64,000 nucleotides of DNA from an uncultured delta proteobacterium (GTDB lineage: Bacteria; Desulfobacterota; Binatia; Binatales; Binataceae): assembly GCA_963765675.1 (NCBI GenBank), contig CAVXXK010000001.1, positions 1,120,001-1,184,000 on the forward strand. Direction: 5' to 3'. The number at the start of each line of letters is the position of its first letter. Within the stretch, counting starts at the first letter, position 1. This document shows, in pieces, positions 31,901-41,033 of the stretch. The notes beneath the pieces are model-generated. The model worked only from the letters and a program-made list of their open reading frames with translations. It ran no database searches and was not told the origin of the DNA. Made by a program: the position numbers and the translations under genes.

Positions 31901-32340
31901 CGCAGCTTAAGGCCGGCGGCTCCGAATACATAACCGATCGGTGTCTTACATTTGTCGCGACGGCGTTAGGCCGCGCCGGTCGGTTCGAAGAGGGACTCGC
32001 GGCGTTAGAGGAGGCATTCCTTTTCATCGATAGGACCGGCCAACGGTACTACGAGGCGGAGTTGCATCGCCTGAAGGGTGAAATGTTGCTGGGCCACGAC
32101 GCCTCGAATGCGGCTGCAGCCGAGCACTCCTTTCACTCGTCGCTCGATGTCTCGCGCAAGCAACGAGCCAAATCGTGGGAGTTGCGCGCAAGCACCAGCC
32201 TTGCGCGGCTGCTGCGAGACTTGAATCGCCGCGAAGAGGCGCGCCCGCTGCTCGCCGAAGTCTACGCGTCGTTCACTGAGGGCTTCGACACCGCAGACTT
32301 GAGAGATGCCAAGGCGCTCCTTCAGGAACTAAGCGCATAG
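28910..32340 (+). CDS. Zinc-ribbon class III adenylate/guanylate cyclase-AAA ATPase-TPR protein (frameshifts near 30760 and 31500-31650)
   Basis: Double CxxC ribbon, ERKTVTSLFADIKGS, GDG, AEAGVGKSR, FEDLHWLD, GNPFF, C-terminal SWELRA..SLARL...FTEGFDTADL. Confidence 0.88.
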
Positions 32341-32380
32341 GTGCGATGCAGGTCGACGCGAGCGCAAGACCGCCCGAACT

Positions 32381-33100
32381 GTGAAAAAACCAGGATCAAA
32401 GTCCAGACGAAGCGTATCTTCCGAAGACGCTCTGGACAGCAGACGCACGGCTTCGCAAGCGGAGCGCATCCTCAATTTCTGGATGACGCCCGGTCATGCC
32501 GCCGAAGATACTATCCATCTTTGGTCACGATGGTTCGTGCCCAATCCAGAGTTCGACAGGCTTTGTAAGTCTCTTTTCCTCAACAGTTACCGAGACGCAG
32601 CGTTTGGCCGCCTGGACAGCTGGAAAAAAGCCCCCAGAAGCTGTCTCGCGCTGGTATTATTGCTGGATCAATTTCCACGCAACATGTTCCGCGACACCGC
32701 CCGAGCGTTTGCGACTGACACTAAAGCACGCGAGGTCAGCCGCCACGCAATTGCATCCGGATTCGATCGCGAATTGCCGCCAGTCATGCGGATGTTTTTG
32801 TATCTGCCGTTCGAACACAGTGAAGATTTGCACGATCAAATAGAATCGGTACGCCTCGCCCTCGTTCTTGCAAATGACTTTGGCGAACCCGCGGAAGGTG
32901 CCGCAGTTCGGACGTCCGCCGAGTCGCACCTAAAGATGATTCGGCGATTCGGCAGGTTTCCGGGCCGCAACCAGGCGCTCGGCCGACAATCAACAAAAGA
33001 AGAGATCGAATTCCTTAGAGGTCAGCACCACAAAGCTGACGATTCTCGCCGGCTGTTCGCTTCGGAATCCAGTCTCGGCAGACGAAAGGAATCGGACTGA
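32381..33100 (+). CDS. DUF924 family protein
   Basis: LALVLLLDQFPRNMFR, FLYLPFEHSE, RFGRFPGRN..LGR. Confidence 0.88.
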   Translation: MKKPGSKSRRSVSSEDALDSRRTASQAERILNFWMTPGHAAEDTIHLWSRWFVPNPEFDRLCKSLFLNSYRDAAFGRLDSWKKAPRSCLALVLLLDQFPRNMFRDTARAFATDTKAREVSRHAIASGFDRELPPVMRMFLYLPFEHSEDLHDQIESVRLALVLANDFGEPAEGAAVRTSAESHLKMIRRFGRFPGRNQALGRQSTKEEIEFLRGQHHKADDSRRLFASESSLGRRKESD

Positions 33101-33269
33101 ACGCGATCTCGAAGCGCTCCTCGGATCCGATTGTCAGGAATAAAGAGAAACATTCAGGGCGAATGCCGGGCGAGGATGCTCTCTGCAGCAGTGCTGCTTT
33201 AATCTCCAGGCAAATTCGTCGCCAAATCCGCGGACAATTTTTCGATGAAAAGGCGAAGTAGGGGTCAGC

Positions 33270-33294
33270 GGTTCAAATCCCTTCTGCTCCACCA
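33270..33294 (+). repeat. Third copy of tRNA-Ala 3' end
   Basis: GGTTCAAATCCCTTCTGCTCCACCA identical to 3526-3550. Confidence 0.9.
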
Positions 33295-33645
33295 TCCAGT
33301 CTTTCGATTTTAGAACAAATCAGAGAATCGCTCGAAATCCGCGCCTGTGCGTGCGGTTTACGATCGGAGGCGGACACGGAGAACGCCTCTTGCCGCACGA
33401 TTCGCGTGGATCGGCCAATTCCTCTCTCGGCGCGATTTGCCTAGGTCCGTCCGCGGCCTCCAGGCTCCTCTGCTATTTTCTTCGCGCGACCGCGCTCAGG
33501 AGTTTGTCACTAGGACGTAAAATTTTCTCTTGACCGGGGCGAAAGCTCCCACCATTATGGCCAAATTCTACCGATTGTATTTCAAGCAACTCCTAGAGAA
33601 GAAGTTCGCCAGTTGGAGAAAATCCGGGTGAAAGGTTTGATAAGA

Positions 33646-35193
33646 ATGAGATTGGGGGCGTTCGCCCTCTTGCTGACCATTGGATGCGCCGCCTGCGGCG
33701 GCTCAAGCTCTTCAGGCGGTTCCTCTGGAGGTGGCGGGACGTCAGCCACTTTCAAGCCAGGGCCCTGTCCCGCTCCCGAAGCAGACGCATTGGCGAAACT
33801 CAACGCGAGTTGCGGAACGCTGACGGCTCCGCAAAATCGCAACAAGCTGAGTGAAGGCAAAGTTCAACTGCCGGTCGCGATCATTCCTTCGCAGAGTCAG
33901 CCGGCGCAGTCGGATCCGATCGTTTACATGGCGGGCGGTCCGGGAGCCAACGCCATCGGGCAGGCGCAAGATCTCGTCAACGTAGGCCTCAACCAGAAGC
34001 GCGACCTCATCATCATGAATCAGCGCGGGGTTGCCTACACCGTGCCCAATTTGGCGTGTCCGGAAATCGATATGGCCTTCGCCACCGCGGTTGGACTGCC
34101 TTACGATTCGCCGGACCACAAGACTCTGCACGTCGCGGCGACCAAGGCATGCCACGATCGGCTCGTAGGTCAGGGAATCGATCTGAGCAACTTCAACACC
34201 GCTGAAAACGAAGCCGACTTCGACGATCTGCGCAAAGCCCTCAAGATCAAGCAGTGGGACGTATACGGATTGTCCTATGGCACCGATCTCGCGCTCAGCC
34301 TGATGCGCGACTATCCGGATGACATCCGCGCTGTGATCATCGATGCGGTCCTGCCTCCCAGCGCGGTGAGTCTGGGATGGACGTGGACCAACGAGAATGA
34401 GGCCATCAACAACATCTTCCGCGCGTGCGCCAATCAGCCAGCCTGCGCCACCAAGTATGGCGATCTGAGCGCGCAATTCACGGCGCAGGTCCAGCAACTC
34501 GAAGCCACTCCGGTGACGTTAACGGTGACGATCCCGGGAACCGAGACGACTACGCCGGTGGTGCTCGACGGCGGCGCGATACTCAATTGGATAGGGTCGC
34601 TTCCAGATCCCGTGGTGCCAATAGCTTCCATTCCGGCGGCGATCGCAGAGTTGGTAGGGGGCCAGCCGACACAAATCGCCGAGGCGCGGGCCGTCGCCGC
34701 GAACCCTGCCGTGATCGGAGCAGTCGGCTACGGGCTTTTTTATGGTGTGATCTGCAGTGAGTGGATTCCATTTGAGCCCACCTCTCAGATTCTGGTGCAG
34801 GGACAACTGGCTTTCCCAGCCTATCCACAGAGCGTCCTGTCCCAGCCGCCGGGGTTGCCGTTTATGACCCAAGATTGCGCGGTGTGGGACGTTCCGTCAG
34901 CGTCTGGATCTGTGCGTCAGGTCACGGTTAGCTCAATACCCACGCTTGTGCTCAACGGAAGCTTCGACGGAAAAAGCGCCCCGCAGTGGGGCATCTATGC
35001 TGCCGGCACTCTCCAGAATTCGACTACGGTTACCGTTCCGAGCTCCGGACATGGAGCGCTGTTCCTGATCCAATTGCCGCCTGATGTACCGGCAAGGGCA
35101 TGCATCGAGGGCGTCGTGGCCTCGTTCCTCTCGAATCCGATCGCCCCGGACACCAGTTGTGTTGCGGGGTTGACTGACGTGCCGTTTAACTGA
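33646..35193 (+). CDS. Alpha/beta hydrolase (TAP-like peptidase) lipoprotein
   Basis: Lipobox-like AACGG, AGGPG, NQRG, GLSYG nucleophile, GSFD, SSGHG. Confidence 0.85.
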   Translation: MRLGAFALLLTIGCAACGGSSSSGGSSGGGGTSATFKPGPCPAPEADALAKLNASCGTLTAPQNRNKLSEGKVQLPVAIIPSQSQPAQSDPIVYMAGGPGANAIGQAQDLVNVGLNQKRDLIIMNQRGVAYTVPNLACPEIDMAFATAVGLPYDSPDHKTLHVAATKACHDRLVGQGIDLSNFNTAENEADFDDLRKALKIKQWDVYGLSYGTDLALSLMRDYPDDIRAVIIDAVLPPSAVSLGWTWTNENEAINNIFRACANQPACATKYGDLSAQFTAQVQQLEATPVTLTVTIPGTETTTPVVLDGGAILNWIGSLPDPVVPIASIPAAIAELVGGQPTQIAEARAVAANPAVIGAVGYGLFYGVICSEWIPFEPTSQILVQGQLAFPAYPQSVLSQPPGLPFMTQDCAVWDVPSASGSVRQVTVSSIPTLVLNGSFDGKSAPQWGIYAAGTLQNSTTVTVPSSGHGALFLIQLPPDVPARACIEGVVASFLSNPIAPDTSCVAGLTDVPFN

Positions 35194-35334
35194 CCACGCG
35201 GAGCCCGGTAGTAAAAAATTTCCACAGAACGATGAACCCAGAGTTGAGAGTCACCCGCGCACTGATAGAGACAGGGATTTCGGCTGACTGGGGGAAAGGC
35301 GGGCGGTGCTGCGCCCACAAAGTTGGAGACAGGC

Positions 35335-36870
35335 ATGAGTGGCTTCTTGCGATCGATGCAGAGAGTGCGCGTCGCACTATTGACCGCCGTTTTGGTTCTA
35401 TTTGTGGCTGCGTGCGGAGGATCTTCAGGTAGCAACTCGGCGCCGGGAGTCGCCTCGGCCAAATTAGAGTCCGGGCCCTGCCCTTCGCGGGTCGCTTCGT
35501 CTCCAGCTTTCGCCAATGCGCAATGTGGACAGTTGATAGTGCCGGAGAATCGTCACAAGCCGAACGGAAAAACCATTAGCATTTCCGTCGCCATAATTCC
35601 TTCGATAACCCAACCCCCGAAGCATGAACCTCTTTTCTACATAGCAGGCGGTCCCGGCGGCGATGCGATGGGAGACGCAGAGTTTCTGGTTCCAATATTA
35701 AACCAGACCCAGGATCTCATCGTCTCAGCCCAGCGCGGAACCCTGGACGCGACGCCAGCGCTTCTGTGCCCCGAAATCGACGCATTCAACGCCGAGGCGG
35801 TGAGTCTCGTCTACGATGCACCATCGACCGGGACCCTGCACGTCGCGGCAACCAAGGCATGTCACGATCGATTGGTCTCGGAGGGAATTGATCTGAGCGC
35901 CTACAACACGTTTGAGAACATCCAGGACTTCATGGATTTGCGCAGGCTTCTGAAGGTGTCCAAGTGGAGCATCTTTGGAACTTCGTACGGCACTTACGTA
36001 GCGCTCGCCCTGATGCGTATGCATCCGGAGAACCTAGTGACCGTGACCATCGACTCCATCGCGCCCCCCAGCGTGGCGAGCCTCGGATGGACCTGGAGCA
36101 GCGCTGGCGAAGGCTTCAACAATCTGTTTGATGCGTGCGCCGCTCAGCCTTCCTGTGCTACCAAGTACGGAGACGTAAGTAGCAAGTTCACGAGCCAGGT
36201 CCAGCAGCTCGAGGCAAATCCGATAACCATCACGAGCGAGTACACACCAGGTGGTCCGCCGGTTCAGGTCGTACTCGATGGCGGTGCGCTGGTGAACTGG
36301 TTTGTAGCAGGCGGTCGCTCACTTTTCCCGTCGGTACCTTCGGCGATCCAGGAGTTGGTCAACGGTAATCCGGTTCAGATTGCTGCCAACCGCGCCGCCC
36401 TGGCAAACCCGGCGACGGAAAGCACACAGGGGTACGGCTTGACCTATGGGGTGTTTTGCAGCGAATGGATTCCGTTTGAGCCGCAATCAGAAATACTGGC
36501 GAAGGGCCTGATCGCGTTTCCTGACTATCCGGACTCAGTTCTCTCGCAGGCGCCGCAACTTCCGTTCGCGACTGAAGATTGCGCGGTCTGGGACGTCCCC
36601 AAGGCGCGCTCCTCGATCAGAGAGGTCACGACAAGCAGCATCCCGACGCTGGTGATAGCCGGCACTTTCGACGCGAAGACCTCGCCGATGTGGGCGACAT
36701 ACGTAGCTAAAACTCTATCCAACTCGACTACTATCATCATTCCGGGCATAGGCCATCTCGTAACGCCGCAGTCCGACTGCGCGCAGACCGTGTTCAAGTC
36801 TTTTCTCGACAATCCCACCTCCCCAGATACGAGCTGCGTGAATGGGCTAGAACCGCCACCGTTCCAATAG
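35335..36870 (+). CDS. Alpha/beta hydrolase (TAP-like peptidase) lipoprotein, tandem paralog
   Basis: VAACGG lipobox, AGGPG, GTSYG, GTFD, GIGH; colinear with previous gene. Confidence 0.85.
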   Translation: MSGFLRSMQRVRVALLTAVLVLFVAACGGSSGSNSAPGVASAKLESGPCPSRVASSPAFANAQCGQLIVPENRHKPNGKTISISVAIIPSITQPPKHEPLFYIAGGPGGDAMGDAEFLVPILNQTQDLIVSAQRGTLDATPALLCPEIDAFNAEAVSLVYDAPSTGTLHVAATKACHDRLVSEGIDLSAYNTFENIQDFMDLRRLLKVSKWSIFGTSYGTYVALALMRMHPENLVTVTIDSIAPPSVASLGWTWSSAGEGFNNLFDACAAQPSCATKYGDVSSKFTSQVQQLEANPITITSEYTPGGPPVQVVLDGGALVNWFVAGGRSLFPSVPSAIQELVNGNPVQIAANRAALANPATESTQGYGLTYGVFCSEWIPFEPQSEILAKGLIAFPDYPDSVLSQAPQLPFATEDCAVWDVPKARSSIREVTTSSIPTLVIAGTFDAKTSPMWATYVAKTLSNSTTIIIPGIGHLVTPQSDCAQTVFKSFLDNPTSPDTSCVNGLEPPPFQ

Positions 36871-36939
36871 TCGCTCGCGAACGCGAACGGCTTCGACTAG
36901 CTGCTGGACGGGGCTTAGGGTGAATCGCGAAGATGCGCC

Positions 36940-37060
36940 AGCGCAACTCGCCTACGACGAAGCTCTTCGAGACGTAATAGCGATAGCGGCGCCCTCCCTT
37001 TCCTCCTCCTCCATGCACGTGTAGCGGGTCGCCGTTTTCGTCGAATAGTTTGCCCGCGAG
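36940..37060 (-). pseudogene. Remnant of large serine recombinase
   Basis: KGGRRYRYYVS motif typical of the recombinase zinc-ribbon region; no intact ORF. Confidence 0.45.
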
Positions 37061-37620
37061 CGGACTTCGCAGGGCTTCAATCTTGCGTCCATCACCCTGA
37101 CGTGCCTGTCAGGTGTCCACGTGCGCTCGAACCGCGCCACGAATCCAGTCTCGACCGCCTGAGTGGCCTGACCGGGTTCGGATCGCGGCTGACGCGAAAG
37201 CGTGGCGAACATTCTCTCTCCGGATATCCGGTTTCTTCTTGGCCCAAATACTCCGCCAAGTGCGCAGACAATTTAGTCGATGAAAAACCGAAAGGGTGGT
37301 CGAGGTTCAAATCCAGCTTGGACCAGTCTCTCAATTTTTGCACGCTTCGACTCAACCGATGCGTGGCCCATCGGAAACCCGATCGGGAATGCGCAGGGTT
37401 GACGGCTGAGCTGGCGCCCTGCCTTCAATAACCAATCGCATCTCGAAGTCGCGAGCTACGCCTATTTCTGCTGGCTGCTATACGAGGCTGTAACTTTATA
37501 TGGCGGAATAAGTAACTGTGCCGTGTAGAGGACGCCCTTGACATGATTTCTTATTCTTTGCCATTTTGCTTGTCTTGGGTTGGTTCCTGTTGAGTGTAAC
37601 TTAGGGCGCGTGCCGTTAGC

Positions 37621-40062
37621 ATGATTACCCAGAGGACACCGAAGGACCGGAAAGTCGGAAACCGACTCCTGCTGCGCGCCTCAGTTACCGCTGCCACCCG
37701 CTGCATCTTTTTGCCCTGTTCTCAATGGGCTGCCGTTCTTGTATTCATGGCCGGCCTAATTGCCGTTCTCACCAATACAGCAGCCGCGCAAACTATAGCG
37801 ATGCACGGCACGATCCCATTCGAAGCCGCGCGGAATATCGCGATCCGGCGCGCCGACGCGGCGATGCCGCTCGAGCTCGAGATTACGCTTGCGGTTCATA
37901 ACCGCGCAAAGCTCGATCACCTGTTGGCCGAGCAGCAGGATCCCAGGTCGCGCGAATATCATAAGTGGCTCAGCCCAGAGCAATTCCGCAAGCGCTTCGG
38001 TCCTAGCGATGCTGACTCGAAACACCTAAGAGAGTGGCTCGTATCGCGCGGATTTCGGGTCATCGACGATAGCGGCGAAGGATTCATCAGATTCAGCGGG
38101 ACTGTCGCGATGGCCGAGCGCGCCTTTGCCACGCGGATTGCCCTGTTCGAGGACGGCAGCAAATTCGCGAACATCGATGAAGTGCAGCTCCCGTCGCAAT
38201 TCAACGGCCTCGTCGCCGACATCGTCGGACTCAATAATTTGGGGCACCTGCGGCCGACCGTATCGGCTCCGCGAGTTTTGTCAGCACTGACCACATCCGC
38301 GGAATTGCAGAACGTGTTGGGCGGAATCTTTTCCACAACAGTTTCCGAGAGTGCAGACAGCGTACAACCAGAGCATCGTGAATCACCACTGTATGACAGT
38401 ACCAGCTGGGGATTGCACTTTGCGCCGTCGGATTTTTATACCTTCTACGATGAGACACCGCTGCTGAGCGTTGGAATCAACGGCGGTAACAACGATTGCA
38501 TCGCAATCTTCTCAGAATCCGACACATCGTCGGATTTCTATTCCATATTTGACAACGTGTTTGACCTGAGCCCGGCAGGGGTGACTATCGACGACATAGG
38601 GACTCCTCCCGGCCAGGTCCTCGGCGCGGAGAGCGAGTTGCTGCTCGACATCGAATGGTCGCACACAGTTGCACCCGGTGCCCCGATTACGGTCTATGCC
38701 GCCGATCATGGAACCGGCGCGACCGATGCAGTAGCCCTCAGCCAAGCGGTTGGCCGGGCAGTTAGCGACAATCACTGCGGAACCATCAGCATCAGCTATG
38801 ACGACTGCGGCGACCCGGAGTCGTTCTATACAAACACCATGGGCGACATATTTGCCCAAGCCGCGTCGCAGGGGCAGAGCGTGTTCGTTTCGGCTGGTGA
38901 CAACGGCTCGGACGATTGCCAAACTGGTTCACAAAACGTGAACGAACTCTCGACCAGTCCAAACGTCGTGTCGGTCGGCGGGACCCAGTTTCTTCCCAAC
39001 TACTCCAGCCAAGGCAATGACGAAGGTTTTGTAGAAGAACTCACATGGAACGATGGTAACGGCGAGCCGGCGCAGGAAAGCCTCGGCCAGGGTGCAACCG
39101 GCGGCGGAGTCAGCCGGTTCTTCTCGAAGCCGCAATTTCAACAGGGAGTCACGCCTGCCGATGGAATGCGCGATATCCCGGATGTGGCGATGTTGGCCAG
39201 CGATTCGGAGCCCGGAGTCTTTGTCGAAGACGATGTTAGAGGCCAGCCCGGTTTAGAGGTCTTTGGTGGAACCAGCGTTGGAGCGCCGGTATGGGCCGGA
39301 ATCTCGAAGCTGGTGATGCAGAGTAACGGTGGTCACCGTTTGGGCAATTTGAATCCACTCATCTATCAACTGGCTTCCGCGACTAACGGCGTCCAGATAT
39401 TTCGCGACGTGGTCAGCGGGAACAATGCAGTCGATAGCCAAGTGAGTTTCGAGGAGAATGTCGAAGTCCCGGGATTCAGTGCGGGTCCCGGCTACGATCA
39501 GGTGACAGGCTGGGGCACGGTTGACATCGCGAACTTCGTGAAGATTGCTGCCGGCGCGACTCCGACTCCGACTCCTACCGGTTCGCCAACTCCAACCTCG
39601 ACCCCTCATCCGACTCCGACGCCGACTAATACCCCGCAGAGGACTGCGACCAGAACCCCCACACCAACCGCGACCGTCACCGCAACCAATACCCCGATTC
39701 CCACACCCACTCCAACCTTCGTAGTGGAGAAACTCACGCTATCGACCAACTCGCTGTCTTTTGGCAAGACGCCGCTGCTCAGCAGTAAATCGAGGGTTGT
39801 AACTATAAGGAACGTCGGCAATGCGAAGACTGGCAAGACCGTTATCATTGGCACCCCGAGAATTTCGGGTCCGGGAGCCACGGCGTTCTCCGTGACAAGT
39901 GACTGCCAAACGCCGCTGGCGCCAAAAGAAAGCTGCAAGCTTTCAGTCACGTTCAACCCTGGTCAGATTCTTTCGCAGCAACAAGCTACGCTCACCGTTA
40001 TCAGCAATACGGCCGGGCTTCCACGGACTGTAACTCTTCAGGGCTCGGGCCGACGGAAGTGA
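37621..40062 (+). CDS. S53 (sedolisin/kumamolisin) peptidase with pro-domain, PT linker and C-terminal Ig-like domain
   Basis: Pro-domain QQDP...YHKWLSPEQF..RFG; ELLLDIEW, SAGDNG, IPDVA, GGTS, GYDQVTGWG. Confidence 0.9.
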   Translation: MITQRTPKDRKVGNRLLLRASVTAATRCIFLPCSQWAAVLVFMAGLIAVLTNTAAAQTIAMHGTIPFEAARNIAIRRADAAMPLELEITLAVHNRAKLDHLLAEQQDPRSREYHKWLSPEQFRKRFGPSDADSKHLREWLVSRGFRVIDDSGEGFIRFSGTVAMAERAFATRIALFEDGSKFANIDEVQLPSQFNGLVADIVGLNNLGHLRPTVSAPRVLSALTTSAELQNVLGGIFSTTVSESADSVQPEHRESPLYDSTSWGLHFAPSDFYTFYDETPLLSVGINGGNNDCIAIFSESDTSSDFYSIFDNVFDLSPAGVTIDDIGTPPGQVLGAESELLLDIEWSHTVAPGAPITVYAADHGTGATDAVALSQAVGRAVSDNHCGTISISYDDCGDPESFYTNTMGDIFAQAASQGQSVFVSAGDNGSDDCQTGSQNVNELSTSPNVVSVGGTQFLPNYSSQGNDEGFVEELTWNDGNGEPAQESLGQGATGGGVSRFFSKPQFQQGVTPADGMRDIPDVAMLASDSEPGVFVEDDVRGQPGLEVFGGTSVGAPVWAGISKLVMQSNGGHRLGNLNPLIYQLASATNGVQIFRDVVSGNNAVDSQVSFEENVEVPGFSAGPGYDQVTGWGTVDIANFVKIAAGATPTPTPTGSPTPTSTPHPTPTPTNTPQRTATRTPTPTATVTATNTPIPTPTPTFVVEKLTLSTNSLSFGKTPLLSSKSRVVTIRNVGNAKTGKTVIIGTPRISGPGATAFSVTSDCQTPLAPKESCKLSVTFNPGQILSQQQATLTVISNTAGLPRTVTLQGSGRRK

Positions 40063-40436
40063 TTCGTCTCTTGCCACTCCCGGATCTTTTCTCAAAAGTC
40101 CGATTACTGAATTGGATATGACCTACCTGTATAGCACTCATTTAAACTGTAAATCCGACTTTTAATCAGCAAATCAGCTTATCAAAAATCTACTCTTACC
40201 TACCTGACAGTCCCGAAAGTTTACAATCTGTTGGCTTGGCTTAAGTTGGCTCTTGCGCTACATCGTGCGGCAAAGAGCACGGACTTGACCATACGGTTGC
40301 GGAGTCAAGTAAGCGCGATTCATCGTCACGTTAACTCTGACCAGCGTGCGTGGGAGAAGGAACGTGAAAGTTGCCAGTTCCATAATTCGTGAGTCGGCAT
40401 GCCTCATGAAAATCGCACCGCGCGGAATGGTGAACG

Positions 40437-40667
40437 ATGGCGCGAGTAAGAGCAAGTAAAATCCTCACGGTCCAGGAGGTCAGCAACTATCTGCGTGTGC
40501 ATCCATCCACGATTTACAAATTGCTGAAGCGACATGAGCTACCAGCGTTCAGAATCGGCGGCTCGTGGCGATTCATCGACACAGACATCGACAAATGGCT
40601 GGCGCGTATTGAGACCGGCTTCACCGCCACGCCGGTGCAACCAGATGCGATGAAACCCTTGAAGTAA
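40437..40667 (+). CDS. Excisionase-like HTH DNA-binding protein
   Basis: ILTVQEVSNYLRVHPSTIYKL...LPAFRIGGSWRF...IDKWL. Confidence 0.85.
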   Translation: MARVRASKILTVQEVSNYLRVHPSTIYKLLKRHELPAFRIGGSWRFIDTDIDKWLARIETGFTATPVQPDAMKPLK

Positions 40668-41033
40668 GGTCCCCCACCTGTTCGTACCAATCGCAATATC
40701 CAAAACGCTTTGGCGACTGAGCCGTATCGCTTAGTTGAGAAATCACAGCGGATTGTCCGCTTCTCAATTGGATTATTTCGCTGCTTTCAATTGCTTCCTC
40801 GTGGGAAGCGCAGCACGACAATAGGCGACAAAATTCTGCTGCATTAACCATCGTTTCTACAAACCGTCGAGTTCTCACTCTTGTAGTGCTTTTAAGTGGA
40901 ACAATTATTTTTATTATACAAGCTTGACATAAAGCTGGTCACAACATAGCAAGTACTGTGTTCGAGCTGTTTGAAGGTATCAATTTGTTTAGCCGAGTGT
41001 TGACGAAGAATGCTGCTCAGGATGGGTTCCTGA

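Larger units (their letters stand above)
27719..33294. mobile_element. Integrase-less cargo cassette 1 between tRNA-3'-end copies
   Basis: Bounded by tRNA-end copies at 27695-27718 and 33270-33294, with conserved terminal elements. Confidence 0.6.
33295..37314. mobile_element. Cargo cassette 2 with degenerate right att
   Basis: Left end homologous to 27719-27875; right end 37204-37314 homologous to 33169-33280, ending GGTTCAAATCC. Confidence 0.5.

Noticed and set aside
33261-33294. Possible second tRNA gene
   Set aside because: Only the T-arm and acceptor 3' half are present; it is an att copy.
39559-39720. Low-complexity ACN-CCN repeats (also ~44240-44445 and ~55275-55437)
   Set aside because: Ordinary Thr/Pro linkers within coding sequences, not DNA repeat elements.
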